A stretch of DNA of 64,000 bases from positions 3,380 to 67,379 of the forward strand of contig BQMO01000020.1 in the NCBI GenBank assembly GCA_022180725.1, in the 5' to 3' direction. Both the position numbers and the translations under genes were made by a program. Each line of letters starts with the position of its first letter. Within the stretch, counting starts at the first letter, position 1. A model generated the notes under the pieces. The model was given only the letters and a program-made list of their open reading frames with translations, was not told where the DNA came from and made no database searches. Source of the DNA: Phycisphaerae bacterium. GTDB taxonomy: Bacteria > Planctomycetota > Phycisphaerae > Phycisphaerales > UBA1924. Below, one piece after another: positions 25,888 to 35,848 of this stretch.

Positions 25888-27105
25888 ATGGTCTGGCTCT
25901 GCCTCGGACTCATACCCCTCGCGGCGTTGCTCGCCGTGGCATTCACCGCGCTGGTCATCCGCGTCAGCCGTCGAATCGGCGCCCTCGACGGCGCGGGCGT
26001 GCCGGGGCAAGTCAAGGCTGCGCCGCGGCTGGTCCCCAACACCGGCGGCCTCGCGATCGTGCTTGCGATCATGCTCCCCATCCTCGCGGGGCTGTGGTTC
26101 TACCACGGCCTCGATGCCTCGCCGAACGCCGATTGGCGCAACGATTTTTCATTCATCCCCGCCGACACCCACGAGCACGTCGAGGGCATCCAGCGGATGA
26201 CCCCGCTGGCGGTTCACCTGGTGCTGTGCCTGGTGTGGCTCCACGTGCTGGGACTTGTTGATGACCGACGTCCCTTGGGCCCGTGGATCAAACTCCTGCT
26301 CATGGCCGTGCCCGCCTTCGCCGTGCCCATCGTCACGCACCTCTGGGGCGGCCCGGCCGAAACACGGCTGATGACCTTGCTCGATAGCCGTGTAGGCGGC
26401 CCGTGGCTCTCGATTCTCCTGACCGCGCTGTGGTTCCTGGCCGTCACGAACGCGATGAACTTCATGGACAACATGGACGGGCTGGCCGCCGGGGTCGCCG
26501 CGGTCGCCGCCGCCCTGTTCCTCATCGCCGCGTTCATCAACGAACAGTGGTTCGTCGCCACGGTGCTCGCGCTGGTACTCGGCGCGTGCGTGGGCTTCCT
26601 GGTGTTCAACGCGCCGCGGCGCGGCGGCGCCCGCGTCTTCATGGGCGACGGCGGATCGCTCGTGCTTGGTTTTCTGCTCGCCTTCCTCACCGTTCGTACG
26701 ACCTACCTCGGCGCGACCCCGTTCACCTTCTACACGCCCTTCGGCGTGGCCCAGGGCACCAGCGCCGATGGCGGGTGGTATTCCGTGCTGATGCCGTTGG
26801 TGGTTCTCGCGGTGCCGCTGTACGACGCCGCCAGCGTCATCACGATCCGCCTGGCCCAAGGCCGCAGCCCCTTCGTGGGCGACCTTCAGCACCTCTCGCA
26901 CCGCCTGGTGCAGCGTGGCCTGTCCAAGCCCGCCGCCGTGTTCACCATTTGGGGTTTGACCGGCGTCACCGGTATCTCGGGCATCCTGCTCACCCGCGCT
27001 CAAGGATGGCAAGCGGCCCTGCTGGGCCTCCAGGTCTTCGCCATCCTCGCCGTCATCGCCGCCTTCGAGTACGCCAGCGCCAAGCGGCCAACGGATTCGC
27101 CGTGA
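25888..27105 (+). CDS. polyprenyl-phosphate N-acetylhexosamine-1-phosphate transferase (MraY/WecA family, GT4)
   Basis: NAMNFMDNMDGLAAG and FMGDGGSL motifs. About 10 TM helices. Confidence 0.8.
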   Translation: MVWLCLGLIPLAALLAVAFTALVIRVSRRIGALDGAGVPGQVKAAPRLVPNTGGLAIVLAIMLPILAGLWFYHGLDASPNADWRNDFSFIPADTHEHVEGIQRMTPLAVHLVLCLVWLHVLGLVDDRRPLGPWIKLLLMAVPAFAVPIVTHLWGGPAETRLMTLLDSRVGGPWLSILLTALWFLAVTNAMNFMDNMDGLAAGVAAVAAALFLIAAFINEQWFVATVLALVLGACVGFLVFNAPRRGGARVFMGDGGSLVLGFLLAFLTVRTTYLGATPFTFYTPFGVAQGTSADGGWYSVLMPLVVLAVPLYDAASVITIRLAQGRSPFVGDLQHLSHRLVQRGLSKPAAVFTIWGLTGVTGISGILLTRAQGWQAALLGLQVFAILAVIAAFEYASAKRPTDSP

Positions 27106-29582
27106 ACGCCGACCCACCGACGACAGCCCCGCCCGATGAATCCCGCGTGACGCTCGCGGGCGTGCTGCTCATGCTCGCCGCGGTCGGGCTGCGCGTGCTC
27201 GCGTCGTTCGAGCCGTTCCCGCACTGGGCCGGCGACCCGTTCTCGATCCCCGCGCCATTGGTCGGTGTCACGCCGGTCACGGCGCTCGGGATCGACGCGC
27301 TGCTCGCACTTGGCTCGGCGGTCGCGCTGTTCGGCGCCGTCCGATCCGGGCATCATCGCGGGTGGTGGGGGGGGCTGGTGCTGCTGCCCTTCGCCGCGGT
27401 CGCGTGCGTGCACGCCCGGCCCGAGGCGAAGGGCGCGGTCGACAGCGTGGCCTCATGCTCGGCGTGGATCAGTGCTCTGGCCGCCGGGTGGGCCGCGACG
27501 CACGCGGGATGCGACCCCCGCGCCCGCCGCGTGCTCATCGCCGGGGTGTGGGCCTTTGTCGGCCTGCTCGCCGCCAAAGGACTCGTGCAGGTCGCCTTCG
27601 AGCACCCCGCCACGGTCGCCTCGTTCCGTTCCAATCGCGAGGCGTTCCTCGCATCGCACGGCTGGTCGGTCGATTCGCCCATGGCCCTCGCGTACGAGCG
27701 CCGCCTTATGCAGCCCGAGGCCTCGGGGTGGTTCGGCATGGCCAACGTCTACGCGGGCATCGCCGCGGCGATGGCCGTCGCGCTGTTCGGCCTGTTTTTC
27801 GCACGCCTGTGGCGGCGCGAACCTTTCACGTCGGGCCCTGAGACGGACACCGGATCGCGCCTCGTGACGTGGGCACTCGTGGCCGGCGTCCTCCTTGCGC
27901 TGCTCGCGGTCTACCTCGCCGACGCCAAGGGTGGGTACGCCTGCCTGGTGCTGGGCGTGGCGGTGCTGGCCCTGGCGCGCCTCACGATCCGTAGCCGATC
28001 CGTTCCCAGCGCCGTCGGCTGGGTGCTCCGCCGCGCGTCGACGCAACGCGTCCTCGGGCTATCACTCGGCATCGGCGCCGTTGCAGGCATCATCGCGATC
28101 CTCGCGACGCGAGGCCTCATCGGCACGCGATGGGCCGAACTCAGCCTGCTCTTCCGTTCCTTCTACATCACCACCGCCGCGAAGATCGCCGCCGCGCACC
28201 CGTGGCTCGGCGTCGGCCCCGGCAACTTCAAGGACGCCTACGCCCTGCTCAAGCCCCCGATCTCTCCCGAGGATGTCAGCAGCCCGCACAGCATTCTGTT
28301 CGATTGGTGCAGCATGCTGGGCGTGGCGGGTGCGGCGGTCGGGGTGTGGTGGTGGACCTGGGTTCTCAGCGCGGGACGATCCGCGCTGGAACCACCGACA
28401 TCACCCATGGTCGCGCCGTCGTCGCTGCTTCGTCGAGAGGCGATGCTCGTGGCCGCCGCCCTCGTCGTCCCGCTCGCTGTGACGGTCCGTCTCGAGGCGT
28501 CCATCATGGTCCCCGAGGCCGCCCTGGCGAGGTTGCTCGGGTTCGGAGTCGGCGTGGCGGTCGCTGTCGCCGTGCTCGTCGTGCTGCGCGACCCCGCCCC
28601 CCGCGCCGCCTGGGGCGCCCGGGCCGCAGTCGCGGCCGCCGCCCTCGCGCTCGCCGCCAATGCCCAGTTCGAACTCACCGGTACGCACGTCGGGAGCGCC
28701 GCGTGGGGCATGCTCCTGATCGGCACGGCGGGGGCTTGCCCGCGGGCATCCGACCCGGCAATCAGCCCGACAAGAACACTCCGCGCCGCGTCTGCCGCGC
28801 TCGTCCCGCTGCTCGCGCTCGCGGGCGTGCTCGGGCCTTCCATGGACGCGCTTTCGTCGTGGGAGCATCATCTCCGCCGTGCCTATGCCAGCGCGGCGGT
28901 GGTCGGCGACCTCGACGCCCGGTTCCGCGAGGCGCTCCAGTTGCCTCCAGGCCGAGCGCGCGACGACGCGGTCAACGCCGTCATTGCCGACCTCCGCGCC
29001 GCCCACGTGGAGGCCGGGCTGCCCGAGCCCGTCGTATCGTCCGGCGTCGAGATGGCCCACGCGTTGATGACGCTCCGTGCACGCCGAGCCTCGTACGCCG
29101 CCACAGCGCTGGCCGAGGCCGCCCGTGCCCAGCCGTCCCACTTTGGCACCCTCGCGGCGTGGACCCGCACCGAGTTGATGATCGCCCAAGCCGAGCGGGC
29201 CGCGGGGCGATCGGCCGACGCCGACAGACTCGTTCAAGCCGCCGTGGCGAACGGCGAGACCCACGCGTCGGCGTACCCATCCAGCGCGGCCTGGGGATGG
29301 GTCGGGACGCTCGCCGAGGCTGCCTCGCGCGAGGCCGACAACGGCACGCCATGGCTCGTCCGGGCTACCACCGCGTGGGAACGAGCCGTCGGGTATGCGC
29401 CCCATGGTGTGATCTACCCGGCCTCGCTCGCCAAAGCCTACCAGCGCCTCGGGAACGCCGCGGCCGCTGCGCATTGGGCCTCGGTGGCGCTCGCGAACGA
29501 CCGCATGGCCGCTCTCGACCCCCTCGCGGGCCTCAACGAAGCGGATCGGGCCGTCATGCAGCGGCTGGCCGGGGTTCGCTAG
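27102..29582 (+). CDS. O-antigen ligase/polymerase-like (Wzy_C) membrane protein fused to a C-terminal helical-repeat (TPR-like) domain
   Basis: The GTG 27102 start overlaps the upstream stop (GTGA). Many TM helices. GVGPGNFKDAY...SPHSILFDWCSMLGVAG is the Wzy_C signature region. The last about 250 aa are soluble, Ala-rich helical repeats. Confidence 0.7.
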   Translation: MNADPPTTAPPDESRVTLAGVLLMLAAVGLRVLASFEPFPHWAGDPFSIPAPLVGVTPVTALGIDALLALGSAVALFGAVRSGHHRGWWGGLVLLPFAAVACVHARPEAKGAVDSVASCSAWISALAAGWAATHAGCDPRARRVLIAGVWAFVGLLAAKGLVQVAFEHPATVASFRSNREAFLASHGWSVDSPMALAYERRLMQPEASGWFGMANVYAGIAAAMAVALFGLFFARLWRREPFTSGPETDTGSRLVTWALVAGVLLALLAVYLADAKGGYACLVLGVAVLALARLTIRSRSVPSAVGWVLRRASTQRVLGLSLGIGAVAGIIAILATRGLIGTRWAELSLLFRSFYITTAAKIAAAHPWLGVGPGNFKDAYALLKPPISPEDVSSPHSILFDWCSMLGVAGAAVGVWWWTWVLSAGRSALEPPTSPMVAPSSLLRREAMLVAAALVVPLAVTVRLEASIMVPEAALARLLGFGVGVAVAVAVLVVLRDPAPRAAWGARAAVAAAALALAANAQFELTGTHVGSAAWGMLLIGTAGACPRASDPAISPTRTLRAASAALVPLLALAGVLGPSMDALSSWEHHLRRAYASAAVVGDLDARFREALQLPPGRARDDAVNAVIADLRAAHVEAGLPEPVVSSGVEMAHALMTLRARRASYAATALAEAARAQPSHFGTLAAWTRTELMIAQAERAAGRSADADRLVQAAVANGETHASAYPSSAAWGWVGTLAEAASREADNGTPWLVRATTAWERAVGYAPHGVIYPASLAKAYQRLGNAAAAAHWASVALANDRMAALDPLAGLNEADRAVMQRLAGVR

Positions 29583-29609
29583 CACCGCCGCGTGTGACAA
29601 CGGGCAACC

Positions 29610-29637
29610 TTGATATGCACGGGCACGCCGTTACTAT
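29610..29637 (+). promoter_or_regulatory. candidate sigma-70-type promoter (TTGATA-N16-TACTAT) upstream of fusA
   Basis: TTGATA at 29610-29615 and TACTAT at 29632-29637, an AT-rich hexamer pair that stands out in GC-rich DNA. It would give a roughly 300-nt leader. Not tested. Confidence 0.3.
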
Positions 29638-29948
29638 TCCGTCCACCCCGGGAGCGGCGTACCAGCCGATGGTTCCACGTGGTCAGCGCGTGGCCGCGCG
29701 GCGCGTATCGACGCACCGAGGTGGGCGGAGTTGGCGTGCCATGGACGAGGACGAAGACAACGCACGGGGATGAACCACGGCCTTCGGGCCGGCCCGAACA
29801 CCGTCCGGGCCGCACGCACCCCACTCTGCACGAACGACATTGTCCGACGGGGTCTCCCGTCGATCCACGAATCAGCACCGATCGGGATTCAATCCCACCC
29901 GCCCGGCGACCCCGGGGGGCCGAAGCGTCAGAAAGGCACGAGGCAGTC

Positions 29949-32084
29949 ATGGCGACCGACCTGAGTCACATCCGAAACATCGGCATCTGCGCCCACATCG
30001 ACGCGGGCAAGACCACCGTCTCCGAGCGCATCCTGTACTATACGGGGAAGAACTACAAGATCGGCGAGGTGCACGAGGGCACCGCCACCATGGACTTCCT
30101 GCAGGACGAGCAGGAGCGCGGCATCACCATCCAGTCCGCTGCCACCACCTGCCCGTGGACGCGCCACGGGAAGGATTACAAGATCAACCTGATCGACACG
30201 CCCGGGCACGTGGACTTCACCATCGAGGTGGAGCGTTCGCTGCGCGTGCTCGACGGGGCCGTGGCCGTGTTCGACGGCAAGGAAGGCGTCGAGGCGCAGT
30301 CCGAGACAGTCTGGCGTCAGGCCGATCGGTACAAGGTGCCGCGGATCTGCTTCATCAACAAGATGGACAAGATCGGGGCGTCGTTCGAGTTTTCGTACGG
30401 CACCATCAAGAGCCGCCTGGGCGCCAACGGCATCCCCATCCAGTACCCCATCGGGCTGGGGCACGAGTTCACCGGCATCATCGACCTGCTGCGCATGCAG
30501 GCCCTGTTCTTCGAGGGCGAGAAGGGCGAGACGATGGTCGTGAAGGACATCCCCGCCGACTACGCCGAACTCGCCAAGAAATGGCGCCACGACATGATCG
30601 AGAAGATCAGCGAACTCGACGATCACCTCATGGGCATGTACCTGGAGGGCAAGGAGCCAACCCTTGACGAACTGATCGCCTCGCTCCGTGCGGCGACCGT
30701 AGCCCGGCGGGCCTACCCCGTCATGTGCGGGGCCGCGCTGCGCAACATGGGCGTGCAAGCGCTGCTCGACGCCGTCATCGACTTTCTGCCCAGCCCCACC
30801 GAGAAGACCGACGTCGAGGGGACCGACCCGCGCGACAAGGACAAGAAGCTCACCCGCCCGCACGACAAGGACGCGCCCTTCTCGGCCCTGGTCTTCAAGG
30901 TCGTCTCCGACACCCACGGCGACCTCACCTACATGCGGGTCTACTCCGGCACGCTCACGAAAGGCTCGCGACTCCTCAACCCCATGAACGGCAAGAAGGA
31001 AAACTGCTCGCGCATCTTCGAGATGCACGCCCAGAACCGCATCCCCCTCGACGAAGTCGGCGCGGGCAACATCGTCGCCGTCGTCGGCATCAAGGACTCC
31101 TACACCGGCGACACGCTCTGCGACCCCGACACCCCCATCGTGCTCGAGCGCATGTTCTTCCCCGAGCCGGTCATCTCGATGTCCATCGAGCCCAAGACCC
31201 AGGATGACAAGCGCAAACTCTCGGACGCGCTAGCCACCATCCGCCGCGAGGACCCCTCCTTCCGCTACACCTACGACGAGGAAACCGCCCAGACCATCAT
31301 CTCCGGCATGGGCGAACTCCACCTGGACATCATCCGCACCAAGCTCGTCCGCGACATGAAGATCGGCGTCGAGGTCGGCAAGCCCAAGGTGTCGTACCGC
31401 GAGGCCATCACCCGCAAGGTCACCGACGTCCGCGGGCTGTTCAAGAAGCAGACCGGCGGCCGCGGGCAGTACGGCGACTGCGTCATCTCCCTTGAACCCT
31501 TCACCAAGGCCCAGGCCGAGGCCGAGGAACTCGACTTTACCGACAACATCGCCTTCGAGAACGCCATCGTGGGCGGGGTGATCCCCAAGGAGTTCATCCC
31601 CAGCGTGGAGTACGGCGTGCGGCAGACGGCGGTGACGGGCGTGAAGTTCGGGTACCCGCTCATCAACATCAAGGCGACGCTGACCTACGGCTCGTACCAC
31701 GACGTGGACTCGTCGCAGATCGCCTTCGAGCAGGCCGGGCGGCTGGCGCTGCTCGAGGCCGTCGAGAAGGCCGGGCCGGTCCTCCTCGAACCCATCATGA
31801 AGGTCGTCATCACCGTGCCCAACGAGTACCTCGGGAACATCACGGGCGACGTGAACTCCCGCCGCGGCATGATCCTCGACACCGAGGACCGCGATCCGGT
31901 GAAGATGGTCAACTGCGAAATCCCCCTCGCGGAGTTGTTCGGCTACACGACCAGCCTCCGCGGCATGTCCCAGGGCCGCGCCAGCGCCACCATGGAGTTC
32001 CTCGAGTACCGCCAGGTGCCCCGCAACGTGCAGGAGCAGCTCGTGGGCGAGAAGGAAAAGGAAAAGGCCAAGGGGAAGAAATAG
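29949..32084 (+). CDS. fusA: elongation factor G
   Basis: [26 protein letters not shown], and the full five-domain length (711 aa). ATG 29949 is preceded by GAGG. The upstream part of track ORF 29610.. has no EF-G similarity. Confidence 0.95.
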   Translation: MATDLSHIRNIGICAHIDAGKTTVSERILYYTGKNYKIGEVHEGTATMDFLQDEQERGITIQSAATTCPWTRHGKDYKINLIDTPGHVDFTIEVERSLRVLDGAVAVFDGKEGVEAQSETVWRQADRYKVPRICFINKMDKIGASFEFSYGTIKSRLGANGIPIQYPIGLGHEFTGIIDLLRMQALFFEGEKGETMVVKDIPADYAELAKKWRHDMIEKISELDDHLMGMYLEGKEPTLDELIASLRAATVARRAYPVMCGAALRNMGVQALLDAVIDFLPSPTEKTDVEGTDPRDKDKKLTRPHDKDAPFSALVFKVVSDTHGDLTYMRVYSGTLTKGSRLLNPMNGKKENCSRIFEMHAQNRIPLDEVGAGNIVAVVGIKDSYTGDTLCDPDTPIVLERMFFPEPVISMSIEPKTQDDKRKLSDALATIRREDPSFRYTYDEETAQTIISGMGELHLDIIRTKLVRDMKIGVEVGKPKVSYREAITRKVTDVRGLFKKQTGGRGQYGDCVISLEPFTKAQAEAEELDFTDNIAFENAIVGGVIPKEFIPSVEYGVRQTAVTGVKFGYPLINIKATLTYGSYHDVDSSQIAFEQAGRLALLEAVEKAGPVLLEPIMKVVITVPNEYLGNITGDVNSRRGMILDTEDRDPVKMVNCEIPLAELFGYTTSLRGMSQGRASATMEFLEYRQVPRNVQEQLVGEKEKEKAKGKK

Positions 32085-32162
32085 CCGGCCGGCCACATCG
32101 AGCCACGTGTACGCGGCGTACGCGGTTTGGTCTGATTCAGTTCCGCCTGAATGGGTAAACCA

Positions 32163-32190
32163 AGGCCCGGGCACGTGCCCGGGCCTTTCT
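32163..32190 (+). terminator. intrinsic terminator after fusA
   Basis: Perfect 24-nt palindrome aggcccgggcac/gtgcccgggcct followed by tttct. Confidence 0.6.
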
Positions 32191-32263
32191 CATGCGCTCA
32201 CGCACCGCGACGATGCGGATAGTCGGCTCTTCGCATCCACGTGCCCCGGCGTACCCTCCCGGC

Positions 32264-33706
32264 ATGTCGACCTCCACTGCGCTTGATTGGCTTACCGCGA
32301 ACCAGCCCGCCTCCATCGACCGCTGGATCGACTGGCTGAAAATCCCCAGCATCAGCACCGACCCGGCCTACCGGGACAAGTGCCGTGATGCCGCCGAGTG
32401 GTGCCGCGCTCGCCTCGAAGACCTCGGCTTCAAGGCCTGGCTCGCCGAGACGGGCGACGTCGATGCCGCCGGGCGAGGCTCGGGGCACCCCGTGGTCATG
32501 GCCACCATCGACCCCGCCCCGTCGTACCAAGGCCCGCATGTTCTCTTCTACGGGCACTACGACGTGCAGCCGGTTGACCCCATCGACCTCTGGGAATCGC
32601 CTCCCTTCGAGCCGGTGCTGCGCGACGCAAAGCCCGGCGAGGGCGGCGGGCGGCGCGTCGTCGCCCGTGGCGCCGTTGACGACAAGGGCCAGGTCATGAC
32701 CTTCCTCGAAGCCTGCCGGGCCTGGAAGGAAACCACCGGGCACCCCACCGGCGGCGCGCGATACACCATCATGATCGAGGGCGAGGAAGAGTCCGGTTCG
32801 ATGAATCTTCCGCGGTTCGTGAAGGACCACAAGAAGTCGCTCGCCAACTGCGACGTCTGCCTTATCTCCGACACGGGCATGCTGGGGCGGAATCAGCCCG
32901 CGATCACCTACGGCGTGCGGGGCCTGGCCTACACCCAGGTCACGCTCCACGCGGCCAACCAGGACCTGCACAGCGGCTTGTGGGGCGGGCGCTGCCCCAA
33001 CCCCATCACCGAACTCGCCCGCGTGCTCGCCAAACTCCACGACGACAAACGCCGCATCACTATTCCCGGCTTCTACAAGGGCGTTGTGCCCCTCTCGAAG
33101 CAGGAACGCGCCAACTGGAAGAAACTGAAGTTCAATGCCGCCGCCGCGCTGAAGAAGATCGGCCTGCCCAAGGCCGCCGACATCGGCGAGGCCGGCTACA
33201 CCGCCATGGAGCGCGAGTGGGGCCGGCCTACCGCGGAGATCAACGGCATCTGGGGCGGGTACACCGGCCCGGGGGCCAAGACCGTCATCCCCGCCCACGC
33301 CAGCGCCAAGGTTTCGTTCCGGCTCGTCGCCAACCAGGACCCGCGCAAGGTCACCAAACTCTTCTTCGCCTGGTGCAGGAAGCACACCCCACCCGGCTGC
33401 CGTTGGGAACTCGTGGACCATCACGGTGGGTTTGGGGTCACCACGCCGATCGACTCTCCCGCGATGCAGGCCGCCAGCCGCGCGCTCAGGAGCGCTAGCG
33501 GGAAATCCCCCGCGCTCATCAAGTCCGGTGGATCGATCCCCGTCGCCGGCATGCTCAAGGACGTGCTGGGGCTGGACACGATCTTCATGGGCTTCGGCCT
33601 GGACGACGACCGCGTCCACAGCCCCAACGAGAAGTTCGAGGTGGACTGCTTCACGCTCGGCTGCCGCGCCCACGCCGCCTTCTTCGGCGAACTCGCCGCG
33701 TCGTAG
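32264..33706 (+). CDS. M20-family dipeptidase/amidohydrolase
   Basis: LFYGHYDVQP, ARGAVDDKG, IEGEEESGS, SGGSIP and ...RVHSPNEKF motifs. The ATG 32264 start is preferred over 32192, which sits 1 nt after the fusA terminator. Confidence 0.8.
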   Translation: MSTSTALDWLTANQPASIDRWIDWLKIPSISTDPAYRDKCRDAAEWCRARLEDLGFKAWLAETGDVDAAGRGSGHPVVMATIDPAPSYQGPHVLFYGHYDVQPVDPIDLWESPPFEPVLRDAKPGEGGGRRVVARGAVDDKGQVMTFLEACRAWKETTGHPTGGARYTIMIEGEEESGSMNLPRFVKDHKKSLANCDVCLISDTGMLGRNQPAITYGVRGLAYTQVTLHAANQDLHSGLWGGRCPNPITELARVLAKLHDDKRRITIPGFYKGVVPLSKQERANWKKLKFNAAAALKKIGLPKAADIGEAGYTAMEREWGRPTAEINGIWGGYTGPGAKTVIPAHASAKVSFRLVANQDPRKVTKLFFAWCRKHTPPGCRWELVDHHGGFGVTTPIDSPAMQAASRALRSASGKSPALIKSGGSIPVAGMLKDVLGLDTIFMGFGLDDDRVHSPNEKFEVDCFTLGCRAHAAFFGELAAS

Positions 33707-33725
33707 CCCGCCGCGCCGGTTTGTA

Positions 33726-33744
33726 CGGCACGGACCTCGTGCCG
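33726..33744 (+). terminator. possible weak terminator hairpin after the M20 peptidase gene
   Basis: 7-bp stem cggcacg/cgtgccg with a 5-nt loop, followed by ctcttctcc, which is only partly T-rich. Confidence 0.3.
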
Positions 33745-33856
33745 CTCTTCTCCACCGCTCACCCAGGAGGGCGGCACGCCCCGCGACGCTTCCATCCCGA
33801 CCTCCGCTCCGCGACGATCACCGTGGCGACACCCCGGCACCGTCGTTGGACTCGGC

Positions 33857-34861
33857 GTGCTCGTTGTCATGCTCGCCGCGTGTCTCGGCTCGCTCCCATG
33901 GACACTTACCCGCGTGGACGGCGTGCCGCGCTACAACGCGGGCGACACCGCCGCCGGGCGTCTCCCGCCCCGGTGGATCACACCCACCGCCGACCAGGCC
34001 CGCCGCGCTGAACTCACCGGCCTGGGCGGCACCTGGCTCGGCACCGACGCCCTCGGGCGCAGCCTCGCCGTCCGCATGCTCCTGGGCGGGACCATCTCCC
34101 TGGCCGTCGGGCTTGCCGCCGCCGCGCTCGCCGTCGTCATCGGCACGCTGGTGGGTGTCACCGCGGGCTACCTCGGCGGGCGCACCGATGCCCTCCTGAT
34201 GCGTCTGGTCGATGTGCTCTTCGGGCTGCCGTATGTCCTCGTCGTCGTCCTCTTCGCCGTCGCGGGCGACGCCCTGGTCGCCGAGTACGCTTCGCGTGAG
34301 CGTGCCCGCGCCGTGTGGGTGCGTGAGCACGCCCGCGATGGGCTCGACCCCGAGACTCTCCACGCTCCGGCACTCGCCGCGCTCCCGCCCCGCCCCATCG
34401 GCGAGGGCACGCGCACCGCGCTCGATCTTGGCGTGATGCTGCTCGCCATCGGGGGCACCGGGTGGCTCTCGATGGCCCGCGTGATCCGGGGCGAAGTCCT
34501 GAGCCTGAAGAACCACCCGTTCATCGAGGCCGCCCGGTCCATCGGCGTGCCGCCGGGGCGGCTTCTCGCGCGCCACCTGCTCCCCAACCTCGCCGGCACC
34601 ATCGTCGTCTACGCCACCCTGACCGTGCCCCAGGCGATGCTCCAGGAAGCGTTCCTGAGTTTCCTCGGCATCGGCGTGAAGCCCCCGCTGCCGAGCTGGG
34701 GTCGACTCGCCGCCGAGGGGTTGGGCGAGATCAACCCCTATCAATCCAACTGGTGGCTGCTCGCGGCGCCCTGCGCGGCCCTCGCCGTGACCCTGCTCGC
34801 GCTGAACCTGGTCGGCGAAGGTCTGCGCGAGCACCTCGACCCGCGGAGCCGTCGATCATGA
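33857..34861 (+). CDS. ABC peptide/nickel-type transporter permease (DppC/OppC family) with an about 50-aa loop insertion
   Basis: LGTDALGRSLAVRMLLGGTISL..., GYLGGRTDALLMRLVDVLFGLPYVL, ...FIEAARSIGV..., LLALNLVGEGLREHLDPR. GTG start. Confidence 0.8.
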   Translation: MLVVMLAACLGSLPWTLTRVDGVPRYNAGDTAAGRLPPRWITPTADQARRAELTGLGGTWLGTDALGRSLAVRMLLGGTISLAVGLAAAALAVVIGTLVGVTAGYLGGRTDALLMRLVDVLFGLPYVLVVVLFAVAGDALVAEYASRERARAVWVREHARDGLDPETLHAPALAALPPRPIGEGTRTALDLGVMLLAIGGTGWLSMARVIRGEVLSLKNHPFIEAARSIGVPPGRLLARHLLPNLAGTIVVYATLTVPQAMLQEAFLSFLGIGVKPPLPSWGRLAAEGLGEINPYQSNWWLLAAPCAALAVTLLALNLVGEGLREHLDPRSRRS

Positions 34862-35814
34862 CCCCCCCGGTGCTCAGCCTCGAAGGCCTCACGATCACCT
34901 TCCGGGGCGCTCCGCACCCCGCGGTGGCGGATGTCTCGATGTCATTGAACACCGGCCGCACCCTCGCGGTCGTGGGGGAGTCCGGAAGCGGCAAGACGCT
35001 GACGGCGTTGGCGGCGATCGGCCTGCTTCCCGCGGATGCGACGATCGACCGTGGCGACATCATGCTTCGTGCCGCATCGGACGCGCCGATCAACCTTCGA
35101 ACCGCCACGGCGAAGGTCTGGCGCCAGGTCCGTGGCTCGAAGGTCGCCATGATCTTCCAGGAGCCGATGACCGCCCTCAACCCCGTCTTCACCATCGGCG
35201 AACAACTGACCGATGTGTTCAGTTGTCACCGCGGGTTGGGCGGGCGCGACGCACGCCGTGCCGCCGCCGAGGCGCTCGCCGAGGTTGGCATCCCCGAGCC
35301 GGCCCGCCGCCTGGATCACTACCCGCACGAGTTCTCCGGCGGGATGCGCCAGCGCGTGATGATCGCCCTGGCGCTCGCGGGGAACCCGAGGGTGCTGCTC
35401 GCCGACGAACCCACCACCGCGCTCGATGTCTCCCTCCGGGCGCAGGTGCTCGACCTGATCGACGCCCTCCGCCGCGAGCGCGACCTCGCGGTGATGCTCA
35501 TCACGCACGACCTGGCCCTGGCCGCGCGGCGGGCCGACGACGTGTGCGTGATGTACGCCGGCCGCGTTGTCGAACGGGGCCCGGCCCGCCGCGTGCTCGA
35601 CCACCCGCGGCACCCGTACACCCGGTGCCTGCTCCGCTGTGTGCCGAGCGAACGTTCGCGTGGTCAGCGGCTCGCCACCGTCGCCGAACTCCTCGCCGAC
35701 GCGGCCGAGTTCGCGCCGGTCGACGGCCGGACGCCCTGGTGGCCCGGGCGGAGCGCCGCGCCCGGGGCGCTTGCGGAGATCGAACCCGGGCACGCAGTGC
35801 TCGTCGAGGGATGA
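34858..35814 (+). CDS. ABC transporter ATP-binding protein (DppD/OppD-like)
   Basis: Walker A GESGSGKT, signature FSGGMRQR, Walker B LLADEPT, ITHDL. The ATG overlaps the permease stop (ATGA). Confidence 0.85.
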   Translation: MTPPVLSLEGLTITFRGAPHPAVADVSMSLNTGRTLAVVGESGSGKTLTALAAIGLLPADATIDRGDIMLRAASDAPINLRTATAKVWRQVRGSKVAMIFQEPMTALNPVFTIGEQLTDVFSCHRGLGGRDARRAAAEALAEVGIPEPARRLDHYPHEFSGGMRQRVMIALALAGNPRVLLADEPTTALDVSLRAQVLDLIDALRRERDLAVMLITHDLALAARRADDVCVMYAGRVVERGPARRVLDHPRHPYTRCLLRCVPSERSRGQRLATVAELLADAAEFAPVDGRTPWWPGRSAAPGALAEIEPGHAVLVEG

Positions 35815-35848
35815 CGCGTGGTGAAGGACGCGTGCCGGGCCGCGGGGT

